Of a DNA stretch of 24,923 bases, positions 1 to 7,809 are shown one piece after another. Within the stretch, counting starts at the first letter, position 1, and each line of letters starts with the position of its first letter. This stretch comes from a virus. Lineage: Duplodnaviria > Caudoviricetes. The DNA is taken from positions 1-24,923 of IMG/VR virus record IMGVR_UViG_3300033808_000067. One strand, written 5' to 3'. The notes below the pieces were generated by a model. The model was not told the origin of the DNA and ran no database searches. It was given only the letters and a program-made list of their open reading frames with translations. The translations under genes were made by a program, and so were the position numbers.

Positions 1-1159
1 ATACGTCGTAGCCGAACAGTGTCTTGTCGGCAACCAGCTTGGCTTCCTTGAACCCGCCGAGCGCGGCGGACAGCGAGAACTGGACCAGCGAAGTGCCCGT
101 CAGGCCGTTGCCGACAGTCCACAGCAGCGACGGCTGCGTATTGGCGATCATGTTATTGAGAGCGGTCTCGTCCAGCGCCGGGTCGTATTTAAGGTCGAAT
201 GTGCCGTCGAGGGGACCGCGGGCCAGGACGAACGGGGCTTGCGCGCCGTCAACTGTCGGAATCGGCTCGACGACCCGGGTGAGCGTGATATCCCACGACG
301 AGATGTCGTTAACTGACGCGGATGCGAGCGTGGACGTGCCCCGCCAGGACGGGATCATGCGGACTGTCGAGATATTCGACGACACCGGCGCCGCCGGGGT
401 GCCCTGCGGCCAGGTGGTGACGTTGCCTTCCCAGGTGAGCAGCCCGGATGCTTCCCCGGTGATCTTTACCTGGGAGAAGCATCCGTACGTGTAAAGGTCA
501 GCGTAGTTGCCGGCTAGCCCGACGACCTGGCTGCGGTGGACCAGCGTATGCGACGGGGGCTGCCCGGTTACGCTGCCCGTCGAGCTGGCCGGGTTCATCA
601 CGCTGAACGTATGCGTGTACGTCGGCCCTGTGTTCTGGACTGCCGCCCCGCTGAGGTGAGCGAACCGGAGCGGTGTCGTCGCGTTCAGCGTGATGGACGT
701 TGACGCGCCTGACTGTACCTGCACGATCTCGGATGTGGTGGTCGCGCCGACCTGGATCCACATGCCCGCGGTGAAGGATGTCCCGGAGCTGACTGTCAGC
801 GATGTGGCGCCTGCTGCCGCATTCGCGGTCGTGGCCGTGCTCGGTGTTACTGCCGTTCCGGTGGCCGTGTAGTCGCCGAACAAGTTGAACAGGATATGCC
901 CGAACGTGTCCCCGAACAGCGGGGATGCCGGGATGGTGGCTTCCGTCCAGTACGGTCCCGGCTGCAGGTCGTAGATCGACGTCATCGCCCCGCGGAGGCC
1001 CTTGTCCTCCAGCCAGGTGATTTTCGGATCAGGGGTGAACCCGGCAACCGGGACCGTCACGTACGTGCCAGCGGACGCCGTGCCGTAAATCGTTTCCCGG
1101 GCGACGTTGAGGAAAGATTCAGCGACCGGGTAAACCGCCGCCGGAACACTGATAGGCAT
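1..1159 (-). CDS. Putative major tail (tube) protein, partial (runs off left edge; absent from ORF track)
   Basis: Hand translation from ATG at 1159: MPISVPAAVYPVAESFLNVARETIYGTASAG...WLEDKGLRGAMTSIYDLQPG...; the same frame reads ...GGFKEAKLVADKTLFGYDV at the window edge. Lies downstream of the tail terminator-like gene. Confidence 0.75.
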   Translation of the reverse strand, partial: MPISVPAAVYPVAESFLNVARETIYGTASAGTYVTVPVAGFTPDPKITWLEDKGLRGAMTSIYDLQPGPYWTEATIPASPLFGDTFGHILFNLFGDYTATGTAVTPSTATTANAAAGATSLTVSSGTSFTAGMWIQVGATTTSEIVQVQSGASTSITLNATTPLRFAHLSGAAVQNTGPTYTHTFSVMNPASSTGSVTGQPPSHTLVHRSQVVGLAGNYADLYTYGCFSQVKITGEASGLLTWEGNVTTWPQGTPAAPVSSNISTVRMIPSWRGTSTLASASVNDISSWDITLTRVVEPIPTVDGAQAPFVLARGPLDGTFDLKYDPALDETALNNMIANTQPSLLWTVGNGLTGTSLVQFSLSAALGGFKEAKLVADKTLFGYDV

Positions 1160-1162
1160 GGG

Positions 1163-1369
1163 TCACGCGCCTTTCCCGGGCGCAGCCGCCCACCAGCTGT
1201 CATCAGGTGCCTGCACGAACCGCCGTGTATCACCGGGAGCGACGGTTCCGACGATGACGCCGGCTGCGTCACGCAATTCCGGGAACGTGTACGGCGTGAA
1301 CGCCGTGAAAACATATTCAGCGGCTTTGACGGCGTGTTTCGCCGGGCTATGAGCCGTTTCTGGTTCCAC
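1163..1369 (-). CDS. Small hypothetical protein (68 aa) in tail module
   Basis: GGAGG SD upstream of GTG; fills the gap between neighbouring genes. Confidence 0.65.
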   Translation of the reverse strand: MEPETAHSPAKHAVKAAEYVFTAFTPYTFPELRDAAGVIVGTVAPGDTRRFVQAPDDSWWAAAPGKGA

Positions 1370-1386
1370 ACGCCTCCGGGGGATAG

Positions 1387-1899
1387 TCAGGAGTTGAAAT
1401 ATTCTTCAAGCGTCACGGTCAGCCGTGCGTCATATCGCAGATACCGCTGGTCGGCGAGCGTGTGAACAACCGAGAAATCGTAGGTGAGTTCCTCGCCGAT
1501 GCCGATGAGCACTGATGACAGGGCTCCGGATACCGGGTCGGTGATAGTGACCTGGTCGTCGCTTATCCGCAGGGCCGACATGACTGCGTCGATGACAGCC
1601 GGGAAATTTGTGTCCGCGGACGGGTCGTTCGCAGCGCCGACCCAGGTCAGGTACAGGGCGACCCGGTGGGCGATGCATTTCCAGCCGGGCCCGGCGACGT
1701 TCTGGACGCCGACCCGCGGCGGTGTCAGCCGTTTCTCCTGGCCGTTCTCAGGCCAGATGTAGGCAGTCGGGACAGTCAGGGTACCCGGGTCGGGCGGCGT
1801 CAGGTAGGCGGCCAGGTTCCCGGCTTCCCCGGCCGGCCCTGGCAGGGGAATGCCGTTGAGCAGGCTGACCAGCCACTGGCCTACAGAGTTGACGGGCAC
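1387..1899 (-). CDS. Putative tail terminator/completion protein (170 aa)
   Basis: Size, position before the tail tube gene, and pattern 'PTAYIWP...VALYLTW...FPAVIDAVMSALR...YDARLTVTLEE'. Confidence 0.55.
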   Translation of the reverse strand: MPVNSVGQWLVSLLNGIPLPGPAGEAGNLAAYLTPPDPGTLTVPTAYIWPENGQEKRLTPPRVGVQNVAGPGWKCIAHRVALYLTWVGAANDPSADTNFPAVIDAVMSALRISDDQVTITDPVSGALSSVLIGIGEELTYDFSVVHTLADQRYLRYDARLTVTLEEYFNS

Positions 1900-2566
1900 C
1901 GGCCACCTGCCCCCATCGCAGCCGCCACGCCGTCGTCACCTGCGCGTCCAGGAACGTTTCTGTGACCGGCACGGCCATCCCCCAGGTGATAGCCGTGCCG
2001 TGGTGCAGTACGGCCGCGTGCGGCCCCCACGACGCCGCCGGGACCGCATCCCAGATCCGCTGATACTGCTGGGCGGCGGTCAGGTCCAGGTCGAGGACAA
2101 GTCCCGGCCCGGCGAGCGGCTCGCCGTCTTCCAGCCAGACGGCGCCGGTGAGGGGAACGCCGGCGAGGCCGGTGTCTGCGAGGACGGCCAGGACAGCGGT
2201 GATGCTGGGCCCGGCGAGCGCATGCAAGGCGAGCACGTCCCTGGCGGGAGCGCGGATGCCAGTGCAGGCGAGGAGACTGTTCGCAGCAGCGGCGGCAGCG
2301 CAGCTGTCATGCTGGTCGTTGCCGCCGAGAATCCACCCGCCGCCGGGCATGCCCGGCCGGGCGAGCTGTGTGGTCCGCTTGGTTTTCCCGACAGAACGTT
2401 TCGCCTTGGCTGCGGCTTTTTTCTTTTTCTGCGCGGCGGCGCGTTGTTTCTTATTGTACGGATGTGCTTTCAGGTAGGCTGCGTAAGAAGCCTGTCCCGA
2501 TGAGACCGCGGTTTTCCCGGTTGCTGCCGTGTGACTGGTTTTCGCAGTTATCTTGCGTTTCTTCAC
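1748..2566 (-). CDS. Lys/Arg-rich N-terminus plus putative papain-like cysteine peptidase domain
   Basis: Motifs GNDQHDSCAAAA (candidate Cys), GPHAAVL (candidate His), ITWG...TETFL...AW; 3' end overlaps the next gene by about 150 nt. Confidence 0.55.
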   Translation of the reverse strand: MKKRKITAKTSHTAATGKTAVSSGQASYAAYLKAHPYNKKQRAAAQKKKKAAAKAKRSVGKTKRTTQLARPGMPGGGWILGGNDQHDSCAAAAAANSLLACTGIRAPARDVLALHALAGPSITAVLAVLADTGLAGVPLTGAVWLEDGEPLAGPGLVLDLDLTAAQQYQRIWDAVPAASWGPHAAVLHHGTAITWGMAVPVTETFLDAQVTTAWRLRWGQVAGARQLCRPVAGQPAQRHSPARAGRGSREPGRLPDAARPGYPDCPDCLHLA

Positions 2567-2578
2567 AGCGCGTCCGGG

Positions 2579-3553
2579 TTATATGACTCTTTTGTAAGGA
2601 TGAACCAAGAGCTCGGCCTCTGTGGCCAGGTCTTCACCTGTCCGCCCCCCGGCGATAGACTCCGACCCCGGCATTGCCTGAATCGTGGTGGCAGTCGCAC
2701 CGCGGACAAGCGCCTGCGCCACACAGTAGAGAATCGCGGCCTGGATAATCGAATTCGGCAGCGTGCTAACCATCGTGCCGACTGGATGCGCATACGCCGC
2801 CGCCGCTGCGAGCGTCAGCACACCAGGCCCGGTCGCGGAGGACGCCGCGACAGTCGTAAACACTTCCTGCCAGCCGGGATCGTAAATCGTCCCGGCCGCA
2901 CCGGACGCGGCGGCGGGCAGCGTGCTCGCCGGCGGCGGACCCCACCCGGCACAGTCGTCCATGCTGACAGTCATGTCCCCGACAGCAACCGGTTCAGTAA
3001 GCGACCCGTGCGGCCAGCCGTTCACATATTCGATAGCGACCATGTACCCGAGCCGGCCTGCAAGCCATGACACGTTCCCAGGGGCGAGGAGAACCGCCTG
3101 CCCGGCATTGTCGGAACCGCTGGGAACACTCGTGCCATACACGCCGATCAGCGGTTTCTCGACCCTGACGTTCGCCGGGCCGACTGCCGTCCAGACAGGC
3201 GGGAACTGGCTGGCCAAAGTCACGTAGGCATTGAGTACCTGCGTGACAGGCGACCGGGACAGCAGCAGCCGGGCGTTGCCGTTCGGCTGCATGTGGAACC
3301 GGAAATCCCCCGGCCCGTACAAGACTTCCTGGTCAAGAGTCGCCCGGAGCGGCTGATTGCAATACCCGTCGATCATGGATGTGCTGCGGCGGCAAAGGTT
3401 AACCTGCTCGTTGAACTGCTGCTGCTCGGTGGGCTTGGCACCAGGCCCGAGAGTGGACCACACGATCCCGGTCGGAGCAGACAGAAGCATCTGAGGTGTC
3501 ACATACGGAGTGCCGGACGAAACAGCGACGGAAGCCGGATTCAGCTCAGCCAT
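2579..3553 (-). CDS. Putative head-tail connector/adaptor protein (324 aa)
   Basis: N-terminal 'PYVT...STSMIDGYCNQPL', 'YVNGW' and C-terminal 'LPNSIIQAAIL...AELLVHPYKRVI' resemble gp6/gp15-type adaptors; position downstream of capsid. Confidence 0.7.
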   Translation of the reverse strand: MAELNPASVAVSSGTPYVTPQMLLSAPTGIVWSTLGPGAKPTEQQQFNEQVNLCRRSTSMIDGYCNQPLRATLDQEVLYGPGDFRFHMQPNGNARLLLSRSPVTQVLNAYVTLASQFPPVWTAVGPANVRVEKPLIGVYGTSVPSGSDNAGQAVLLAPGNVSWLAGRLGYMVAIEYVNGWPHGSLTEPVAVGDMTVSMDDCAGWGPPPASTLPAAASGAAGTIYDPGWQEVFTTVAASSATGPGVLTLAAAAAYAHPVGTMVSTLPNSIIQAAILYCVAQALVRGATATTIQAMPGSESIAGGRTGEDLATEAELLVHPYKRVI

Positions 3554-3596
3554 AGAGAGGTGACCCCCTCCGCTGGCTTTCCCAGGAAAATGTCAG

Positions 3597-3749
3597 TCAG
3601 CTGAACCGGGCGACCATCGGCACGGTCAGATGCTGACAGTCACACCAGGTACCGCCGGGACAGCCGAGATGAAACCTGGCGATCACGTCAGCGCGTTCCG
3701 GCTGATCACGGAGCACCCGTCCCGCACACTGACATGACGGACAGATCAA
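3597..3749 (-). CDS. Small Cys/His-rich protein (50 aa; absent from ORF track)
   Basis: TTG start after AAAGG; MICPSCQCAGRVLRDQPERADVIARFHLGCPGGTWCDCQHLTVPMVARFS; MICxxC...HxxC...CxCQH pattern. Confidence 0.65.
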   Translation of the reverse strand: MICPSCQCAGRVLRDQPERADVIARFHLGCPGGTWCDCQHLTVPMVARFS

Positions 3750-3760
3750 CGTTCAACCTT

Positions 3761-3949
3761 TCAGCTGCCCGGCTGCCCGGCCCGAGCACACCTAGTGCAG
3801 ATCCACCCGCCGCAGCCAGGATCCTCTACCGCATGCCGCAGGCAGATCAGATCACCGCAGGCGAAGCAGATAATAGACGCAATTGACGGATGCCGTTTCG
3901 GGCCGCCGCACCTGGCGCACTGCGGCCGGGATCTGCGCCGGGCCCGCAC
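3761..3949 (-). CDS. Small zinc-finger-like protein (62 aa)
   Basis: CARC, CFAC, CLRH and CTRC motifs; packed between neighbours. Confidence 0.6.
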   Translation of the reverse strand: MRARRRSRPQCARCGGPKRHPSIASIICFACGDLICLRHAVEDPGCGGWICTRCARAGQPGS

Positions 3950-3956
3950 CCCCGGA

Positions 3957-4475
3957 TCAGCGGGCCCGTGACATACGAGACGCCGCAGTTTTCGCCGCAG
4001 GCTTCGCAGCTTCCACCGCGGGCGGCGCGTCTCCCTGAAGCAGCGCGGCGATCTGCGCCCGCTCAGCCGCAGGCATCGCCGCCAGCTGGGCGACCAGCGC
4101 TGATGCGGTAAGAGCCGACTGCGGCTGCGCCGCCGGGAGAATACCCTGCACCTGCTGGGCGACAGCCGACCCCATGGCCTTCATCGCCATCCGCATAGCG
4201 ACCTGCCCTTCCCGCTCGGCTATCTCCACTTCACCTTTCTCATCCGGAGTCATCGGCACACCGGACGGGTTATTCGCCCACCCGTAATGCCCGGCGATCA
4301 GCGCTGGCGCGCATTGCGGGCAGGTGATAACCGGCCGGCCGTTACCGTCGAGACTGACATGATGCGCCTGCCCGCAGCCGCCCCGGTCAACAGATACACG
4401 CACATGGCCGCCGGCAGGATTATCGTCGGACGGGGCAAGGTCACTCATCCCGTAGGCGATCGTCGTTTTCAACAT
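3957..4475 (-). CDS. Hypothetical protein with C..H/CxxC motif and Ala-rich helical C-terminus (172 aa)
   Basis: GGAGG SD; overlaps upstream stop; 'GGCGQAH...CPQC'. Confidence 0.7.
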   Translation of the reverse strand: MLKTTIAYGMSDLAPSDDNPAGGHVRVSVDRGGCGQAHHVSLDGNGRPVITCPQCAPALIAGHYGWANNPSGVPMTPDEKGEVEIAEREGQVAMRMAMKAMGSAVAQQVQGILPAAQPQSALTASALVAQLAAMPAAERAQIAALLQGDAPPAVEAAKPAAKTAASRMSRAR

Positions 4476-4753
4476 TCCTCCAGAACAGTAGTCGTTTTAC
4501 CGCAGCGGGGACAGTCAGCAGACCATGCCTGCCAGACACGTTTACACGGCGCGCACCAGCGGCCGCGGCGAGTGCCGAGAGTAAACTGCGGGCCGCCGCG
4601 CATAACCCCCGACTGGCCGTACCAGGATCGGCGCAGATACTTGGCATCAGTATTCGACATTTCAACCAGGCCGCCGGGTTTCCCGGCCGAATATTTCCTG
4701 CCGTCTGCCATGTCCAGGCCGGAACAGCCGTCAGGCAATCGTATAAGCGTCAT
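4469..4753 (-). CDS. Hypothetical zinc-ribbon protein (94 aa)
   Basis: C-terminal CAPC...CPRCG; start overlaps upstream stop. Confidence 0.7.
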   Translation of the reverse strand: MTLIRLPDGCSGLDMADGRKYSAGKPGGLVEMSNTDAKYLRRSWYGQSGVMRGGPQFTLGTRRGRWCAPCKRVWQAWSADCPRCGKTTTVLEEC

Positions 4754-5682
4754 CAGGGAACCCGGCCTTTACTAAACGAGATGGTACGCGGCTGAACTGG
4801 CCGCCGAAGTTCCGGGGCTTCCGGTGAATTGCCCAGGAATCCCTGAACACATGCGATGAACAGCCATCCGGCAAGCGCCGCAGAATAAACAAACCGGAGA
4901 AAATCCCCATACCCGGCTGTGACCGTCAGCGTCGGCGCGGCCAGGCCCGAAGTGAATAGGTACGCGTCGGAGAAAGTCAGCGCGCACGGCCCGCCCGCAG
5001 CAGGCTGCGTGACCACGATATCGATTTGCTGACCGTCAGCGGGGTTCACCGGAGTGTCAAGCTCCCGGGTCGCGCCGACATCCGCCGTGCATACCAGGAG
5101 GAACATATTCCCGGCCGCTGCATTGACTTTGACGACAGCCGCATCCGTCAGCATGGCTGCCGCCGGCGCGGTTGCCCCGGTGAACCTGGCACCCGTCAGC
5201 GCCGCCGCGCCGAGCGCTACTACCGCCGCCGCCCCGGTCGCTGACCCGGTGCCGCCCTGGGCAACAGGCAGCGGGGCGGCCAGGTGCGTGGAGACAACTT
5301 CCGGGTCTGCTGCCGTCCCGCCGATATCACCGGCAGGCGGCGCGAGCGCCGACCCGGACATACACGAACTATTAACTTCCAGGCAATCCAGGTCACGGAC
5401 ATCCGGCGTCGACGGGATGAGAATCGGGTAAGAGTAGGGTTTGCTGCCGTCGAGGGCAACCGTCACTTCCCATGTCCACCCTGGCGGGAGCAGACCGGTG
5501 TTGTCAGTGGCCAGGAGCGGATCAGACGTGAAAGCCCCGCCTGTAAGCGGATACGTGTACCCGCCGGGGCCGATGATGGCGGCCGTTCCGGTGAGATCGG
5601 TGATAACACCCGGCGGCATGAAACGCACAGTCCCGGTGGCACCGGGAAACGAGCCGTACACCGTAACAAAGTTGTATGCCAC
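4753..5682 (-). CDS. Virion structural/fibre-like protein (309 aa)
   Basis: N-terminal 'TVYGSF...GTVRFMP...GAFT..LLATDN...P.GWTWEV' domain; 'LPVAQGGTG' motif typical of phage fibres. Confidence 0.65.
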   Translation of the reverse strand: MAYNFVTVYGSFPGATGTVRFMPPGVITDLTGTAAIIGPGGYTYPLTGGAFTSDPLLATDNTGLLPPGWTWEVTVALDGSKPYSYPILIPSTPDVRDLDCLEVNSSCMSGSALAPPAGDIGGTAADPEVVSTHLAAPLPVAQGGTGSATGAAAVVALGAAALTGARFTGATAPAAAMLTDAAVVKVNAAAGNMFLLVCTADVGATRELDTPVNPADGQQIDIVVTQPAAGGPCALTFSDAYLFTSGLAAPTLTVTAGYGDFLRFVYSAALAGWLFIACVQGFLGNSPEAPELRRPVQPRTISFSKGRVP

Positions 5683-5685
5683 GGA

Positions 5686-5955
5686 TCATGCTCCTGTCTG
5701 AAGGACAGTCACCGTAGACGACCCCGCCGAATAAGCCCAGATCTGGTCACCGGGAAACAAAAATCCGGTGAACGTGCCGTTTATGGCCACGAGCGCGCCT
5801 GTCGTCGACGACACGGTGCCGTCGCCGCCGAGGTAGACGGCCGCGGCGCCGTTGGCGACATAAAACCAGCCGACCGGCGCTATCGTCGCCCCCGCCGGCG
5901 CGGCAATAATCAGCTGCGGTGCGCTGGTGACCGTGTACTGCTGGCATCCGGCCAC
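5686..5955 (-). CDS. Small beta-rich structural/decoration-like protein (89 aa)
   Basis: 'VANGAAAVYLGGDGTVSSTTG' pattern; tight packing downstream of capsid. Confidence 0.65.
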   Translation of the reverse strand: MAGCQQYTVTSAPQLIIAAPAGATIAPVGWFYVANGAAAVYLGGDGTVSSTTGALVAINGTFTGFLFPGDQIWAYSAGSSTVTVLQTGA

Positions 5956-5958
5956 GGC

Positions 5959-6303
5959 TCAGACCGCCATCCAGCCCCATGCCGGCGTGCCCGCACTGTA
6001 GGTGCAGGTGAATGTCTGATTAGCGGGGATCAGAATACTGGCGAACCCGCTTGCGGGAATCGACGGGGTGCCGCCGATGGTGACGCCGTTGATTTTGATG
6101 ACGGTTATGGCACCGGAACTGTTGGTGATGTAGGCCATTACGTTCACGCCGGTCGTGTTCGTGACTGCGACTGTGGTGGCCGGGAACGCGGGGGTTGTGA
6201 TGGTCGGCGGGACGGTGATGACACCGGGGAGCTGGGGGGGTGCGTAAAAGTTTTCGGATCCGGCTACAACTTGCGTGCCCGCCGGCGGCAGAGGCGTACC
6301 CAT
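5959..6303 (-). CDS. Small beta-rich structural/decoration-like protein (114 aa)
   Basis: AAGGAG SD; Thr/Val/Ile-rich; first gene after capsid. Confidence 0.7.
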   Translation of the reverse strand: MGTPLPPAGTQVVAGSENFYAPPQLPGVITVPPTITTPAFPATTVAVTNTTGVNVMAYITNSSGAITVIKINGVTIGGTPSIPASGFASILIPANQTFTCTYSAGTPAWGWMAV

Positions 6304-6353
6304 CTGGATTGACTCCTTGTGTGCGATTGGGATGCGCCGGGGCGGGCGCCGGG

Positions 6354-6400
6354 AAAGCCTGTGCGGGCCGGGAGTGTTCCGCCTTCCCGGCCCGCACAGG
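6354..6400 (-). terminator. Strong hairpin after major capsid gene (terminator, attenuator or stabiliser)
   Basis: 16-bp perfect inverted repeat CCTGTGCGGGCCGGGA / TCCCGGCCCGCACAGG (6358-6400) followed by CTTT on the minus strand. Confidence 0.7.
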
Positions 6401-6411
6401 AAAAATGTTGC

Positions 6412-7809
6412 TTAAGACCACGTTCCGAGAGTGCCGGACCGGTCAGTTTTCTGAACGCCCTGAATTAGGCCGCAGTAAAAAGGCGCGTTTACTACCAGGG
6501 CACCGTAAAGGAACATAGAATACCTGAAACTGGCATCAATCACCGGCCAGCTTATGCTCAGGTAATCTTGTACCGTCACAAACTCAACCACGTTGGTCAC
6601 ATTCGACCATGCGAACGGCATCGTATAAGACATGAGATATACGGACCCCTGAGGCAGCCAGGGATGGACGACGATCTTGACCACAGAACGTGTAATCGGA
6701 TTCTGAAATTCGGAAACAGCCGCGCCGAGGCGCACGCCGGGGACTTCCGCCTGCTCGACGAACAGCCGGTAGTTCGTGGCCGCGCCCTGCTGGACGATGT
6801 CATTAGACAGGCGCATGACATCGCCGCCCTCGGCAATGATTTCCGAAGGGTCAGCACGGTAAGCGCCGTATGTATTCGACGTGCCATCCCACAGCTGCTG
6901 GAACGCAGTGTTGAGCACTGACGTGCGCAGCGTGTCAGCAGTCGTGTTAGTGAAATAGCCGGCCTGCCAGTTCGACGGGTAAATACCGGACCCCGCCGAC
7001 GAGTGCCCAGACAGAACCGCGGTCAGCCCTTCCTGGTCATTCGCCGAATAGGTGCCGGCGGCAGCGACGGGAGCCGCAGTAGTGCTGGCTACTGCGCCCT
7101 GCAGGGTAACGTACGTGCCGCCAACGTTGGCGACCTGACGGTAGTAGGTGCCTGGGGCAGCGCCCGTGGTGATGTAAACGTCATACCACTGAGCCCCGAG
7201 CGACGGAGAGATCAAAACGTCGGCGACCTGGCCGTTAGACGCCGTAACGGCACCGGAACTGGTACTGACTGCAGAGTTGCCGTAGAACGTCCGGGCGACA
7301 ACTTCCACGTAAATGTTCGTGGTAATACCGGACATGGCGGTTTCCCCGCTGTTTGGGGAACGCATGGTAACAGTCGGCTGGCCGGGCGCGGGAACGACAG
7401 TGGACGTGGCCGCGAAATGCGCTGCTTCCTCATTCAGCATAAACTCCTGAAGCAAAAGCAGATTCGCCAGCGCGCTTATATCCTCAAAGCCTTGCCCCGC
7501 AAACTGAGCGAGCCATGACAAGTTTTCCGAGAGACCCCAGAAACGGTAGGGAATAGTGAGGTCGACGGCATCCTGAGTGCCCGTTCCTGGCAGGTTCAGC
7601 GGCCAGGTGACAGCTGTTGACGCCCCCCCGATTGCGCCATTGGACTGTACCAGCTCGGGAATGGCGAGGCGGACGAAACTCCCGCCGGACGGGCCGGTCT
7701 GCGACCCGGAAACGCCGGTGATGACCTTACGCTGCCTCTGAACACCCTGACCAGGCGTACGAGGCAATTTGTTGCGTAGAGGTGAATAGACCGGATAGAT
7801 GAGACTGCT
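6412..7809 (-). CDS. Major capsid protein, exon 2 (465 codons plus stop)
   Basis: Begins directly after the intron terminal G with SSLIYPVYSPLRNKLPRTPGQG, in frame with ORF 6412..7767; capsid-like C-terminus 'VSEFQNPITRSVVKIVVHPWLPQG...YGALVVNAPFYCGLIQGV'. Confidence 0.85.
   Translation of the reverse strand, partial: SSLIYPVYSPLRNKLPRTPGQGVQRQRKVITGVSGSQTGPSGGSFVRLAIPELVQSNGAIGGASTAVTWPLNLPGTGTQDAVDLTIPYRFWGLSENLSWLAQFAGQGFEDISALANLLLLQEFMLNEEAAHFAATSTVVPAPGQPTVTMRSPNSGETAMSGITTNIYVEVVARTFYGNSAVSTSSGAVTASNGQVADVLISPSLGAQWYDVYITTGAAPGTYYRQVANVGGTYVTLQGAVASTTAAPVAAAGTYSANDQEGLTAVLSGHSSAGSGIYPSNWQAGYFTNTTADTLRTSVLNTAFQQLWDGTSNTYGAYRADPSEIIAEGGDVMRLSNDIVQQGAATNYRLFVEQAEVPGVRLGAAVSEFQNPITRSVVKIVVHPWLPQGSVYLMSYTMPFAWSNVTNVVEFVTVQDYLSISWPVIDASFRYSMFLYGALVVNAPFYCGLIQGVQKTDRSGTLGTWS

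Noticed and set aside
24-1465. Plus-strand ORFs 24..494, 690..872 and 896..1465
   Set aside because: Antisense shadows of the tail tube gene and neighbours on the minus strand
2416-2429. T-rich run as a slippery frameshift site or terminator
   Set aside because: Explained by consecutive Lys codons in the basic N-terminus; not at the tail-chaperone position
5284-6312. 342-aa plus-strand ORF
   Set aside because: Antisense to three tightly packed minus-strand genes; Arg-rich shadow composition
6412-7767. TTG at 7767 as the capsid start codon
   Set aside because: No SD upstream; the frame continues 14 codons further to the intron terminal G
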